Shown: positions 1 to 15,187, counted from the first letter of the stretch. The stretch: 64,000 bases of DNA from Blasia pusilla (GCA_050084515.1 CM114271.1:43710001-43774000); one strand, 5' to 3'. Notes: generated by a model from the sequence alone, not told the origin. Made by a program: numbers and translations.

Positions 1-54
1 TGCATCTCTTTGAGTGAGAACTTCGCCAATTACCGTTCTATGTCTCATCCACAG

Positions 55-1194
55 TATTCGAGGGCACAAAGTCGTTCTACAAGGAAGAGGATGAAACGAA
101 GCCTATCAACGCCTACGGTATCTCGAAAGTCGAAGCAGAGCGGCACATTAGAGCCAATTGGCCGAATTATGCCGTACTACGGAGCAGCATCATCTATGGG
201 CCGCAGCCAATTGTTCCTGTGCAAAAATCGCTTCCTGTACAGGTTTGTCTCGTTTGTGTGGAACCTCTCTACAGCTCCCTCCAAGCTCTGCCTGCCTCTA
301 GTCCTTCGTTTTCAGACGGACCGGGAAGTTCGTGCCGCTGCCTTGCTCTGCGTACTGAACTTTATGGTGTCCGATTCAGTGGATTGACAGCACTCTCGCG
401 ACAGGCAAGAAGACAGACTTTTTTGAAGACGAGTTCAGATGCCCGGTCTACGTGGAGGATGTCGTCACGGTGATTTTGTTAGTTATTGCGAACTTAACTA
501 CAGGTTCAAATTCACTTCCTCAACCTGCATCAGATGACAAGCACCTCTCATGTTATTTCCTCTGTGTACACTTTCCAGGTCATCGTACCGCTTTCTCATT
601 CTTCTCCTGCATTGCCCGCGTTTTCGCGCCATACTATTGGTGGCCAGAAAATTCACAGTAAGAATTTTTAAGCTCAATTTGGATTTGTTTGGACAAGATT
701 GAGTAAAGATTGTTATACTTACTTGGATACAGAGGGAGGGTTTGCGCAGCTTGTGCTCAATGTTGGCGGGCCAGAGCGGCTATCCCGAGCTGAGATGGCT
801 GAGGTGGTAGCTCGAGTAAGAGGATACGACTTGTCATTAATAAATCATGTGAAAGCATCAACGGTACGTACTTCCGTAAATTCCATCTCTGCATATGTAC
901 TCAGGGATATGGACTGCACATCTGTTATTCAATCTTTGATACACAATCAGTCTTCATCTCCATTTCATCGTGACAACTCATATAGATAAGTATAATCTTC
1001 CTCCGTTAATACTGACGGGGGTGATCACTTTGGATGATCTTCAGGTAAACCGAGGTGTTCACAGCCCACCTGACATATCTATGGATATTTCCAAATTGGT
1101 GTCGTTGTCTAAGATGAATATGACACGGTTTGCCGACGGTGTACGGCGAACTTTGGAAGTTAATAGCCCGGGGGAAAGCGGATTACAAGCATGA
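55..1194 (+). CDS. 3' part of a spliced RmlD-like / MAT2B-like NAD(P)-binding SDR gene (dTDP-4-dehydrorhamnose reductase family); 5' exons lie before the window
   Basis: GT-AG exons ~55-242, 380-503, 733-863 and 1045-1194 join to give FEGTKSFYKEEDETKPINAYGISKVEAE (YxxxK), LRSSIIYGP, FFEDEFRCPVYVEDV, LNVGGPERLSR and RGVHSPPDISMD; stop TGA at 1192-1194. Confidence 0.85.
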
Positions 1195-3120
1195 GAAATG
1201 CTTTCCTTTCCAAGGTTCACATTTACTCTGATGGGGTTCTGGTACCGTATAACACAGAATTTGTCCTGATATCTACTGTCACATTCACTCTTCTGTTCCT
1301 TTTTATCGTTTTGGGTGGCAGGAAATATGTGGAACTGGTGCATCTGATTTAAATGTTCATATATCTGGATGTTCGTGTAGCAATTTGACCGTCTCCTGTG
1401 TATGGTAAACTATCAAGAGATCTGTTAGTGTTCCGAGTATGGCAATCATAACGTCTATTCGCTGTAAGTTCCAGTTCTTCATTCGAAGTAATGATTTGTG
1501 TTGGGCTACGGAAGTTAAGATCCAAAGTAGAGAAACCCAAAGTATTGAGATTAAATAGAACTTTGCAGAGGTTGTTGGGTAAACTCGTTCCACCCAAGAG
1601 CTCCAAAGCTTGTGCATCGAGCAGTTTACTTTGACAGCGCAAGCTCTCCTCAATTTGTTATGCAAAAACATAATATACATTTTGAAGTTTGTCACATGAG
1701 GAATGACTGCCAAGAAGCTGAGAAAAGCAACGAAACGGTGCTTGGTCCTTCCCTTCAATTCAAAGCAACGAGCTTTTTCCAATCGACCAAAGAGTCGGGT
1801 TCAATGTCTGCGAAGTTCGAGGTCTCGCGCAACTTCTGCCCTCTTATCAAATATTTTTTCTGAAAAGATCTCCGGGGACATAGTATGCGATGGCCTGCCC
1901 TCCTGAGGTGTTTTTGAGATAGTTCTTCTTGAACCAGATTCAGGAAATTCCTTCAGGCCATGAAATCGCCGTTCTGAAGTAATCGTGAATCCACCATCGG
2001 ACACTCACGATAGCCTGGCAGCCGTACAAATTTCCCTCCTCTGATCTAGTTGTATTACTCAATCCAAGCAGTGAAGCAAGTTGAGAATGATCAAATATGA
2101 ATCCCCTGTCCTCTTCAGACACGGTCTATTAATGGACCGACGTGGTCTTCGCCAAGAACATGCTGTGTCTGAAAACGTGGTCGGTCCAACATGATGGCTG
2201 AGCTATCCTGATGCAGGCATGTATGTGCCACGTCACAAATGACGTGCTTGATGCAGTCCGTTTGTCTTGAATCGATCGACCTCTCTGGGTGCTCTCTGCC
2301 GTCGGAATGCCTGAGACCGCAGACTCGGTGCATAATTTCTCAGTGACACGAAGGCTCCTCCGCGCGGGACAGGATAGAAGTCAACAAGTAAACTGTCGAA
2401 TTATATCTTGGATTTGTGGCAAACACTTTCCTCTAAATACTGTTTTGCGTGCCCCGTGAAGTACAATTCACAATATGAAGACTTCGTTCATAACAATGAA
2501 TGTGACATGATGACTGAGATGGGCACTGGTTGTTTGTTGAAATGGGTCTTCACACTATTATTCCAGGTGATCCAGCTACTCTTGCAGACCTCTTGCAGAA
2601 CCCTAAAGCTTCACTGCGCGTTAGACCATCAAAAGCACTCTGCAGTCGTCAGATGTACAGTTCGTCCTCTACAGCGGGTGACCTCTAAAACTAACAGTTT
2701 GAAATCAAGATTTGGTGAGTTTCGCACGAACACCGAGTAGTATATAGGCTCCAAACCCAACCTGCTGCCAAACATTGTGCATCCATAGTTCACGGCCAAT
2801 GCAACTCGATAAAGCGCTGTCTGAAGTAGGTAGGTTGTGGTCAGGATTTCCGGCGACTTTGGGCTCTAAAGAACTGCACATACATCTGTCATACACCGAC
2901 TGGTACGCCCATGTAAAGCTTGGAATAAGTAAATTGTACACTTTCATACCCTTTGTTCTCGTAGGAATTAAGATTTCTTGAGCTAGCTAAATCCTTTGAT
3001 TGGGAACTCTGAAGGCGAGCTAACTAACTTAAGTTCTCTTTATTTACAACCAGAGGAGCCCCCTGTCACTTCAGCATCGGCACTTACGTGGATTGTATAT
3101 ATTCCTACCCCCTCTACATC

Positions 3121-6100
3121 CTAGACCCATGTTCCAGTTCCAACAAAACTCTTGAGACCACAGGTGAAATCTGCAACATCTGTGAAAGCAACCTTGTTTG
3201 CCTGCGGCGAATCGTCGAGCTCAAAAAGAATCTGCACATTTTGAAGGTCAAGCCGGCAGACTTGTTCAATGAGCAACTCAAACAGAAACATGTGCGATCC
3301 CCTCCGACTTATCCAGAAAGGACAAGCTACCAAAAATACTATCTAGCACAATGCATTTCCGGCAACTACCACAATTTGCAATAGATGAGTCAGTTTGTGA
3401 AGACAGAGGGCGACCGTCTACCAGTTCATTAAGTCCAGCATGTAGCAGAGGTGCCGGGATGTAGAGGGTGCATTGTGGACCTTTGCTCTGCAGCAGGAAA
3501 CAAGCGCCACAATGAGCATATACATCCACAAAACAATGTATTGTAATCACGTTGGCTTGAGTGAAGAGGAAAGATGGAACCTTCTCACTTCAACTGAGAT
3601 GGACCCTCCTAGCCTCTCGTCACTGAGCCTGTCGTCACTGTGTTCAGGAAGTGTAAACCAATTCGGACCTCAAGAAGATAGTCTACAGGTTCAAAGGTGT
3701 ATTTTCTAAAAGTGATTCTGCCACCAAAAATGGGCACCAAGGTGCTGCGATTACCTGCCAATACCGCCCAAGGTTGAAGCCGTTCAAGAGCGCTATGCCC
3801 TTGGACCAACCCACAAGTGATAAGAATGTGTCAGCTGGTTCATCAACACTGAGAAATCCCTGATAAAAAGATGGTCCCTCTGTCCAATTCTCGGCACCAG
3901 GGCCTGCAGTCATTCAGGAGCAACCCACAGAATTGACATCAACATGACTTGGATGCTAATGGTGGTATTTTGCATGTAGTCAGTTGCTGGATCAGATTGA
4001 ACACCCACGTCATACATAATACATCAATCATCAATATTGGTTTCTTGAGCAAGACTACTGAAGAGAATATAGCCCAAGACACCTGGAATGACCCTCCACT
4101 GATTACTCACGGAGATGTGGATGCTTGATCAGTAGAAGACCAAAACCTGCATACAACAGAGTTGAAGTGAAGTACCTGCTAATCTATCCACATCTGCTGG
4201 CATTGCGTTTGTGTTTGGTTCCACTTGCTCAGTAACCATTCCCAGGTCAAAACTTAGCTGTGCTTGCAAGGGGATTGGATATGCCACCCAGCCAAGAATT
4301 GGAGTGTCATCCAAAAGGACAGTGGACGTTATACCCTGTTAGGAACCATAATGTGATCCTGGGTCAGCGTCTGACATGTACCTTTAGTCACAAATAATTG
4401 AAGCTGGATGCCATATATCTACGCAAGGTGAAACAACTAACCTAACATTACCTTAGGATCATAAATGTAGGGACCGTAGTTCACTCGGCCCATATTTTCA
4501 ACCTGCAAAACATATTCAAAAATGAATGTTCATACCCTTAAAAAACAAACATCACTTGAGTGAATTGACTAAGCACACCCAAAGCATTGACAAGCTAAAA
4601 TGTTGACATACGAAATGTCTTCTACTTAAATCCACCAGATATTTGTTGCATTCCGCAGATCGAGTGAATTATAAAATTACAGTGGAGGTGGCAGAATATA
4701 TTTGAGCCAGTAAGAAAGAGGAAAAACCCTATAACTTGAAGGCCACAGCAACAATATAGTCCTGAATAGCCCTGAGGAGTCAGTTATTTGTTACTCTTAA
4801 GATGATCACTGGCACTTGAATAGGCCTGACTTATCGAGAGTCTCACCAGAATATCCAGTTGCAAACCAGGGACTGCGGCAATATCAGGCAACCACAACAT
4901 CTCATTTGACCAACGTTCAACTGTACCAATGTGCATGCGTCTACTTTGAGATTTATTGTCGCCCTCAGCTCCGATTCCTGGATGCACAACAATGTATACT
5001 TGTGCCCTGTCGTGAACCTGCAACCGACGGTTGTTGTCCAAAGTTTTAATCTGTGAGCAGCTTAGTGAATATACAGTACATGACGGAGGACAAAGGGTCT
5101 TAAGATATAATAAGTAAGGGCAGGTGCCAAGGCGAATTCAATATGGATCACCTGAGAAATTGCAAGTTTACTCCCACGTTTTGTGTGTGATGGTAAAATT
5201 GTTCGGTACAAAATAAAGCCTGACTCCTGACACAGCATCGTCAAGAAGCACGATGTAAGTGTAATGGCACTTAATTTGATGGCTGAATGACCGACTGTCA
5301 GGGACCTGGAATAACAGCACAACTGAAGACATTAACTTTACAAACTTCTACATAACCATCAACACTGGGATGGGAATGTTAGAACCTGATTTAGTATTTC
5401 CATTGCACAAGGTTGATCCATTGGTATACCATGTGGAGGTTCACTAACAACGTGTAGAAGCTGAAAAATAGACAGCAACCTCTCAAGCTCCACCTTCCCA
5501 AATGCTTTCCTTGGTGGCAAAGGTGGTGCATCAGGTAATTCGTTGGAACTGTAATGAGCTATAACTGTCTTTAGAGCTGTCCACAACATATGAGAAAATT
5601 TTGTGTCAAAAGACTGACGTAGATGCCATTGGACAATGCAGAATCCATCTTACACACTGATCTACAACAGAAAAGAACTTCCTGATGAATATGACGAATT
5701 CTTTTCTTTCACATGCTTGGTGTCAATACTACCACACGTAGGTTTATCAAACAGGATCAAGACTGGAGAAAATATGAAACTTTCTCAAACAAATTTTTTT
5801 GAGTTTCTCTGCTCCAAACCAGAGCTAGGTCGCAGAACTGTATCACCCTCATTTCTCTAGTCAAAACCACATATATGTCAACCATAACAACCTCATAATC
5901 AATCAAGAGATGATAACCCACCTTCAAATTTTCCACTCGTAATATCACCAGCCTCCCCTATTGGTGCATCCTGCAGGAAATAAGGGAGAGCATGTCGTTA
6001 GTCAGTAAAGACGTTCAAGAAGTTCAAACTACCACCATGACTAAGCAAAATGACCAGAAATTCCTCACTAATTAATGTATGACCTGCAAAAAGTGGCCTG

Positions 6101-9100
6101 TAAGTCCTTGATGCAAAAACATGCAATTGATATTAAGACATTTCTACTTAATTACGACCATGACATATACATAACTTCCTTGGCTGAACGAAATTTCATG
6201 TGATATCACAAGCTATGGAGTCTTGTTTAGAACTGAGATCCTACATAATCATAGGAAGTTATGTCAGGCTGGAAGTCAGAGGCTGATCCTCCTGTGTTTG
6301 CACCGCTGGAGAAGCCAAAGTTGCTTCCCCCATGTACCATCTGCAAGGAATAATACAGTTCAGAATGTGGGTGAAACTCCAAGAAGAGTAATCAAGTGGT
6401 AGTTATAGATAGGAACTTTGACCATCCCCAGCGCAACAACTAAGATATGTCAGCTGGTAGCACTGCAGCAGACAATGATACTCCCAAGACACGATAAGAT
6501 CAGAAAATACGGGCTGCCATTCCAAGAATTTAAGTCACTTCATACAAGAGAAAAGAAAGGCTGATGGAACAAAGGGATATCACTTACATAAAGCACAACT
6601 GAAGCATTGAGCTTTAGTAGCCGGTCCAAAGCTGCTGCTGTGTAGTAGGGATCTGTGTGAGCTAAAGGTTCACCCCAATGAGTGAGCCACCCGGTGTAAA
6701 ATTCACTGCAAGAGCGTGCACTTCCATCCAGTCCTTGAGAGAGAGGGTCGACAAGACGAAACTGGTGGCGTCTTGAATACTATGTAAGTTTTGAAGTGTG
6801 GATCCCACAAAAACTAAGGACTAACTATATTTCTACTACACCTGAAACATCCAGCGTGGACAAACAGCCAAATGTTTTACCTGGAAAGGGGTGGTGATTG
6901 GCCAGGAGAATTGAATTGTTTCTGGAGAGCAAATGCTGATTCTGCATCCCATTCTACAGGAAAGTCCACAACTGCAAGACAAATTCCCTTCTTATGCACA
7001 GAACCCACAAACACCTGGTAGGCCGAAGTAGACATTTAAACTATTCATCAATACTCGTTACTTCCAGATCCCACTACGTGCCAAAAAATTGAATCCGCTA
7101 TTCTCATCCAGACTTTGACCATCATAGATTCAGAGTTGAAAAGCTGAAAAGACACTTCCAAAGAAATCAAACCTGTATAAACATCTCCTCCACCAAGGCT
7201 CCCGTGTTTCAAGTTTTCTCTGACAGCACCATCAGTAGTGTACCTGAGAAACACAGGTCCGACTTAATCACAGCCATACTGTCAGCTTCCTTCGTAGGCT
7301 GTAGGCGCTTTAGCACAATTATAGACTGCACTGCCAGTGAATTATTGAAACCAGTAACACAAGTATATAATCTAAGACAAGTTAAGAAAAATGCATGGGT
7401 AAGTTGCCAGTATACTTTGATTCTAGAGTATAAACAAACACCCCCCAATTACCACAGATTTAATAACACTGTCAGATGGAAACTAGGGTTTAGGGTTAAT
7501 CTAAGTCACTCACAAAATTACATCTTCTCCTAAATGACCCTTGGCCTTAGCCACAAGATGTCGAATGTATTCTTTGTCCATCCCAAAGGATCCATACTCG
7601 TTCTCCACCTGCACGATGAAAAATAGGCCCGATGAATTAACCTCCCTTGTTGCAGTCTTCCTCGATGAAGCAGTGCTTGGGAGATTCAGATTGACGCAAA
7701 CAATGAACCACCTCTTAGGTCTTGGGAGATATCATACATGTTTTTAAGGTCAAGGATTATCTGCACAAATACTCCCTTCTGACATACAAGATGGCAGCTG
7801 CCAGAAGCAAAACAACATGTTCTTTCTATGATTCTGAGAGCTGCAAGTAAAGTTGATAGACTGCACATTCCACAAAGATAGTGATACCTGAATCATAATA
7901 ATTGGACCGCCCTCTCTGTACAGAAAGGGAACGAGCTTGGGAAGTAATTCATCCCACCACCCATCAACCTGCAAAACCGATGAACCAGATTTGTTGTGAT
8001 TGCGGGAAAGCAGATTTAGCGCTCTCCAAGATGGAGAACTGTAACATCCATGAGGAACTCGCACCTCACAGGGTGACTATTGCTACACAAATCCAGAATC
8101 GTGGACTAACGACAAAAGAAGTCATCACGTCCTAATTATGCGTATTGTAATGTGAAGCCCATGACCCTCTTGGGTACCTCCTGGATAATAATTCAGTTCA
8201 TTCATTCATTCTCTTATCACTTATTAGGAACAGTCCCTCCACTTCACCTTGACCTCAAAACAAATACTGGTAAAAATAGACTTTTGGAGGATAATCAACA
8301 GTTGCGTGCCTACAACACTGGCACCTATTTCCTTCGACGTACAGGCAAGAATACTTTCCACACCTTAGCTCTAGGTGCTAGTGCTCTTGTGGCACAATGA
8401 AATTCTGGCTACAATGGTTTCCCACGAAGTCAAGCTTTCCAGAGGAGTTTGCTGTCACCGAAACAGAGAAAACTTAAGTTACATGACAAAGATAGTTCAT
8501 AATCACCAAGTTGAGATACCGACTATCTGATGAGCGCAGCTTCAATTCAGGCTGCAATCCCAGCAACCAGGAAGGAAATCCACCAAAATCCCATTCTGTA
8601 GCCACAACGTGCGAGGGATTCTCAGAGGTGAGTCAAGAAAGAAACAAGGCTTCAAAGGAAAGGTAAGAATCAGCTAGAAGCCATAAAATTAAAAATTGCA
8701 TCATATTCCTGAAGCCTGACTTACAGCTACAGGCAATTTGATGACTAGAACTACAGAACCTCCTTTGACAGAAGGAAAATGTACGCCCTTTTCGTACAAC
8801 TGCCCACTCTGTCTTATCTTTCCAAGCACAACCCAAAGGAGCTGGTAACTACTTCTGGCACATGGAAATTGTGACGAAGCAATAGTTGATCTTATACCTC
8901 CGCATATGTAAGGTCCGATGCGAACCATCACCAGCATGTCAAGCTTTTGAATGAGTTCCAAGTATCCCTCGAGATTCGCATGGCCCTCAAAGTAAACCCG
9001 GTCAGGCCGCGGCTGATGCAGGTTCCATGGTACGTATGTTTGTATGACGTTCAACCCTAACGCTTTAGCTCTCAGGAGTCTGTCCTCCCAATACTGTTAT

Positions 9101-10174
9101 TATGCCAACATTCATTCAACTTCGTTAACCGGAAGTCATTTCTTGAACTGGTGTTTTTTCCTGTCATGCCCTTTCAAGTTTCACGTTGTCATTCGGAGTC
9201 TCAGATGTTTGTTGCATGACTTTTCTATCTGTGACGCATAACACACTCCACTACTGTTCTTCTTATCTTTGTGCCTAGAGCTATTTATTTAAGGGTTTCT
9301 TCAGAATCTCAAGCGGATAGCACTGGTGCAGAGGAACGAATTCCTGGGCAGCAGCCACAAGAAGCAGTCGAGCTTTCCTTTGGGTTCGTTCAGCAGATAT
9401 GCGAAATTCTCGATTATGGATCACTGCAATCTGATTTCCGCATTGTTCTGGGACTAAGTGAATCCAAGCTCATAGCATACATGATTTTGCAAGTAGACAC
9501 GGCTTCTTGTAGAAGAAACTCAGGAGTCAGATCATAGGAAACGGAAGGGTGCTAGTGTACTGCATGAACCTCAAGGATATCGAAGCGCTTGCCTGTGGAT
9601 GCACTCTAAAGTAGTGCAGATCTCCGCCGAGAATTCTGAAGGGCTCGCCATCCTTGTAGAAACTATCATTGGCAATCTCGAAACTACGCCCGCCTGCCGG
9701 CCTGTCCTGAAATGTTCAGAAGGGAAAGTATGAGTCAGAGGCGGAACCTTAGCTCACTTCATTTCGTCTGATTAGCAGACAGTCCACTGATCTGAGTCGA
9801 TTTTTCTCAAATTCTAAATTGCCCAACGCTACGAGTTCTAATACTACCCGCTGCAACGAGAGTAATTGGGAGCTCTGGAACTGTGAGATATTGTTCACAA
9901 TGATTCACAGGAGATGAATTTTGAAAAAGGGATTAATACTTCTGCTCAACCTCCATGTACAAGGGACTAGAGTTGAAGAACGTACGGAATTGGCCACAAA
10001 GGCATCACCCAGAAGAAGAAGAAGAAGTAGCGACAATACTGGCGGTAACAGCACTGTCAAAGACATGACGATGCGGCTGAAAGCGGAGACGAATCTGTAT
10101 CGCACCTGCAGAGATGAGAGCTTGGAGCGACCGATTTTCACAAGATTCAGCTCGCTCTGCAGCTGATCTCCCAT
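3121..10174 (-). CDS. BGAL17: Glycoside hydrolase family 35 beta-galactosidase, BGAL17-like, multi-exon
   Basis: Minus-strand exons carry GH35 motifs in order: N-terminal hydrophobic segment (~10070-10000), [16 protein letters not shown] (~9645-9593), [113 protein letters not shown]; stop at 3121-3123. Start is either ATG 10174 or ATG 10066. Confidence 0.9.
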
Positions 10175-10236
10175 GGGAAAGAACTAACGGGAGGGAGAAG
10201 TCGTAAGCTGCAACCAATCTATAATCTATCCCACGG

Positions 10237-10237
<1 letters not shown>

Positions 10238-10269
<32 letters not shown>
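10238..10269. repeat. (CT)n microsatellite in the 5' region of the beta-galactosidase gene
   Basis: Direct reading of the CT run. Confidence 0.9.
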
Positions 10270-10276
<7 letters not shown>

Positions 10277-12187
10277 GGGTCCCCGTGGACAGTAATTCAT
10301 TCATTCATTCATCCTCTCTTCCCGTTACATTTCCGTATGCCCCAAGCCTCGACAATTCATACGGCTCAGTCTCATGAAGTGACGAAAAATGAATCTCAAA
10401 TTAGGACCTCCTTTCCATCGCGAAGGACCAGAGCGGAACAGAGAGAATGGAGCAGCACGAGGTGTGTGTTAGCAAACTCAGTACACAACCATCGGATTTG
10501 CCGGGCCCACTACACTTTGGTATAATGCTACTGTTGCGACAGTGGTGAAGAAGGAAAATGGCGTGATACTAACGATGTGTCCATCGCACTTTCCGCGCTT
10601 GTGAAGGCTCACTTGTCTCGCCTGCGGGTTAGGCAATTCAGAGGAAGAAATGCTGAATATTGCCTGAGACAGGACGCTTGCGAAGAAAGAATACGAAGAC
10701 AAATATTCGTACAGATACATTTTCGGGCAATACACTCTGCTATTCAGAGCGTAATCGCTTCACACTTACTAAAAGCTAAAAGGGTACTTCATGGGATTCT
10801 CCACAATGGGGATTTCTGCAAATCCTTCAAAAGTGAAACTTCAAGAATCGGCCGCATGTCCACCCCCTGACGAAGAAAAGGTAAGTGCTTATCTTCCTCT
10901 ACCTATCTTCAAAGCGTGTGAGGAAATCATCCGATGGCTGGACATACATTGATACTTTGCTTGTCGGGCACTTGTGGGTGGATTTGACACAGCTTTTCCT
11001 ATACCACCGTACGCCCAAAGCCAATGCAGACTATGATAATACGACTGTTCGAATGAATTTCGGGAGAGACGAGTACCTGGCACGTGTGAAATGTTCATGG
11101 GAACACGTGTGAAATGTTAAGAGGGGCCATTTCCTTGTCGTGTTGACGTTCCAGGGGAAGAGGCAAGCCCAAAAGTTCTCGCACTTCATGGATGCTGTGA
11201 AGTTCATTATCATGAATGTGTTGGAAGTCCCACGGAGACTTGGCAAGACAGGACTTCATTTGCGACTAGACCCCACTTGCTTCCATTGCAGGACTCCAGC
11301 CTTTAGAAGAATTAAGATGTTTCAGACTCGGACACGAAGATTAGGTCCTTTTGGTGGCTGGGTCCAAATTCGGAAAACCTCACTACCTGTCTGTATTGGG
11401 GTCTCGCCATGACCACTCAGTTATTCAACCGTCCACGCTGGACCTAATATTCAGAACTCGCAGTTTTCTGGGCAATACTCGGGCTTGTGATCGGCAAGTG
11501 GAAGAACAAAACAGCTTCCCGTAAATTCCTTTCTTTTGGATTTTCAAAACATGAAAACACTCTAAGCTCAGCTCGACCAACTCATATAAGTAGTGATGAG
11601 TGTAAACCCACTTAGCAAATGAGGTAAGCCTAGGAACGTAAACAAGAGTGTACTTAGCCCTAACAAGCAACGCAGGTTTTATTGCTTAACATTCGCTTGC
11701 ATCCTAGTCTTCAATAACCAGATCTACCGATCAGCTTGCAAAGTATCATCTGTGGAACCTAGCTCATGATTTCCTATCACCCCAGCTAGAAAGGGTGAAA
11801 ACATGGATCAAGAAAACAAGCGCTTCGGTATACACAATGGAACTCGTGTCATTCCAGTGAGGACTTGATCATAAACTCCCGTTGATATCATTTCTTACCA
11901 GTATCCCCAGACCTCCTATCCCTACACCTCTGCATTGGTGGTACTTGTAAAATTTTGGTTTCATCAGACCCAAGTTCCAAGAGCATACAACATCAATCCT
12001 CATATGCCCCATGTGAGTTGAAAGAAATGGCTAGGGCTTTTGGAATTCTGGTCGTACACTCATGCATTTCGGCTTCCTGTGTTAACTACCCTACGTGTAA
12101 AGCTGATTTTAAGACGTTGAGAAGAACAGTCTTCTTGTCCTTTCTTCTTGCCAATTGCTGAGACAACCAGACACCATATCGGTAAAT

Positions 12188-14601
12188 TTATTTAGTATCT
12201 TGAACAAGGGATTTCTCCAGTGGAACCACTGAGTTATAGTGTTCCCCAAGCCCAAAGGCATGCCTGTGGTACGACACTCTGAGACTTGGATTTACCTCAG
12301 ATCCATCTTCCTGAATGTCTCCTTTATACTCCTTACCCATCTGCACATCAGGTAAAGCGGCAGAGAAAACAATGATATGCTTCTTTAGAGCATGAGATAA
12401 AGCCCCCAATTCCAGCTGCCCTCCCCACGCTGCTGTTGATTCAACCTCCTTACAGTATATCTCAAGCTTTGCCTCCAAGGTCACATTACTGTTTTCGCCT
12501 TCACTAGTCTCCGCCTCAATGAAGGGCATGAAGTCCTCTCCATGAGCCCGCATGTAATTAGCAGCTAATGATCTAAGTTCTTGATATGGATGTTGTACAA
12601 GTACTGGATGCAAAGCTAGCTGATCCTCTACTGCCCGATATAGACAGTGTCCATCAGATTTTATTTCCTTCAGAGTGAATCCCAGAGGTGCTAGCTTTGC
12701 CTGCAACTGCTGATCCTCCAGAACTCGCAGACTCACGACATTATTTTGTTCTTCCTGCAATGGTACACAAATATAAATAAATAAATAAATGTAGTAAACA
12801 GAACTCACCAATGAGAAGCACATCCTGGTATTTCCATCAGCACTAGGCCTAAATTAAATGATCAGGTCTTGAGACTTCATACTTGTATTCTTTGCTCTCG
12901 TTCAGCCTCCTGCTGAGCTCTTTTGTCTCTCCATTTCTGCCCTTTGGAAGGCCTGCTTGGATTACTGGTTCCATTTGCTGTGACGCCAGCTATTGCTTTC
13001 ACCTTCACCTCTATGCTGTTGGCCTCTTTCTCATCAACAGGTATACCCAAGGATGCCAGTTCTTTCACATGCCTAGCTTTTAATTTGATGTCGAGTCTCG
13101 AAACCTCCTCTTCCGCAAGCTTTTTCTTCGCCTTCTGCTCAGCTTTGCTACCCTTAGCAGCAGCTTTCTTCATAGCAATCTCCTTGTTTTGCAGTTCTTT
13201 AATCTCTTTCCTGCAATCAACACGCATGAACTTCAGATATGACGGATTCCTAGTCATACTCAAGTTGCAGATCTATCTTCAGAATGGTTGATGTGTAAAG
13301 AGTTTATTGGGTAGCTCTGCAACTACACCACACGGTACTATCGGTAATCATGTACATAATATATTCTCACCGTTTCGCTTCTTTCAACCTGACTGCTTCA
13401 TCCATGAGTTGAATGGGCGATGTCTATGGATATCAACATCCTACAAACTGACATGTTTATGAAATGATAGAGACTCAGTTGCCCCAGAGGCTAAGAGATT
13501 CGAACAAAGCAGCCCATCATGTGGATTTACCCTAATTGCAGTTTTGCCAACTCAATTTGGATTACTTTCATTTCGTTTTTGAGGGAAATGGGAAGTCATA
13601 GATAAGATGAGATAGTTACTTCGAAGCACCGAAGTTTCTGATCTCTTGGATGACAAGCGGGTACAAAAGTGGACCCAAATCAAGGGTAGAAACGACTACA
13701 TAGTAAACCTCCGGCCTCAGCGTACAATCCCAACTGAAGGAGGTAGTTGACAAGCAACGAATTTGACAGAAGTCGGAGAAACGGGAGTGGGATGACTTGG
13801 AGTGGACGCTCGGAAGACAGCACATTGGAAGCAGGTTTCCAGCTCGTTATCCATGCGAGAAAATACCAGTACGCGTCATCCAAACGGCTGATCCCCAGCT
13901 AGCTATTCATAGATTTGTGAGAGCTCTAAGTCCAATAAGCGTCCAGTTTCACGAGACCTACTTCGCTATCACGTCAAACTTAATTTCCAAAAGAAAATAC
14001 GCTTATACGAAAGAAGACTACAGCTGCTTGATATTGCAACGAAAAGATAACCAGGGCTTAATAGAGGCGGCTTTGATCATTCCAAATTTCAGGAGTAACG
14101 GTCCAAATTAGGTTTCTATTAGGATCCCCTTGGTGGATCAGGGCTGGCAGTTCAAACAATGTCCATATGAAAGACTGGTGGCTTTTATCACTGCGACGCG
14201 CACCAGAGTGCTCCATTCCTTCGAAACTCCCATTCCCAGGTCAGCATGGTGTAACATCTTATTCTTCGAGCAACCCGAAAGCAGCGAAAGGAGCAACCTC
14301 GCGGCAAGCAGCAAAGAACAGAAGCCAAGCGGATCGAAAGCATCGGCCAAACATCCCAAACGAAACGCTATTCCTGCGAAAAGAGACGACACACAGGGAA
14401 AAAAACGAAGCACTCAAGGGGGATGGGGCACAAGGACAGGACAGGACAGTACTGGTGACGTGCAAGCATTTCCGACCGCGTCTCCTTGCTGGCACCTCCA
14501 TCTCCATTTCCATTTGTCCCCGCAACCATACTATCACTAGACCCTCCTGCCGCCGCCGCTGCAGGTGCCGCTGAAGCTTCTCTCTCAGTGTCCTCCATCA
14601 C
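12188..14601 (-). CDS. OTU5: OTU-domain deubiquitinase, OTUD6B/plant OTU5-like; 3 exons (14601-14453, 13210-12883, 12754-12188)
   Basis: Exons splice in frame at GT-AG sites: [38 protein letters not shown], then the OTU core [19 protein letters not shown] and [16 protein letters not shown]. Confidence 0.9.
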
Positions 14602-15158
14602 TCATACCCTTGGCTTCAGCGCATTCTTCTCAAATCCCCTCCCTCCCTCGTTCCTCAGAACCAATTTCCCTCTCCTCTCTCCTTTACCAACAAACACATG
14701 AATACAACAACTCCTCCTTTCCTCTCCCCTCCTCTCTCTCTCTCTCTCTGTCTCTGAGAGGTCTTTGGGCGTTGCGTTCCTGCGCTACCACACTGGAACC
14801 GGAACAGAACAGCCCGTGGAGCGGAGCTGGTGATGGGCGTGCCGGGGCTACCGGGCCACCGGCAGCAGCCCGCGGCCGGGGAACGCGGTTTGCTCGCTCG
14901 TTCGTTCGTTCCCTGGGGGGATGGACGGACGCCTGTCCTACGGAGGAACCGAGAATCTCAAAATGGCGAGCGTACATCGATGGAATCCGTCCGTTCACCC
15001 CCCGCTTCATCTATGTCGTCTGCATGATGCATGATGATAATATAGGAGTAGGAAGGATAAATATACGATAAAGATATTATTACGGGCCATAGCCACGTCT
15101 AATTAAATGGTCACATCTGGCTAATTTAGAAAAATGGACTCGTCCGTATTCTCCATTA

Positions 15159-15187
15159 GTTTGTGCATGGCACGAGCACTGACTAGT
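15159..15187 (+). mobile_element. Possible Helitron 3' terminus
   Basis: Imperfect hairpin GTTTGTGC-ATG-GCACGAGC followed by ACTGA-CTAG|T, resembling the Helitron hairpin+CTRR end; the 5' end was not located. Confidence 0.3.

Noticed and set aside
1349-2990. Short ORFs between the SDR and beta-galactosidase genes
   Set aside because: No recognisable motifs or consistent exon chain; could be an unrecognised relic.
10274-12161. Short ORFs between the beta-galactosidase and OTU genes
   Set aside because: No recognisable domain; not supportable without a database search.
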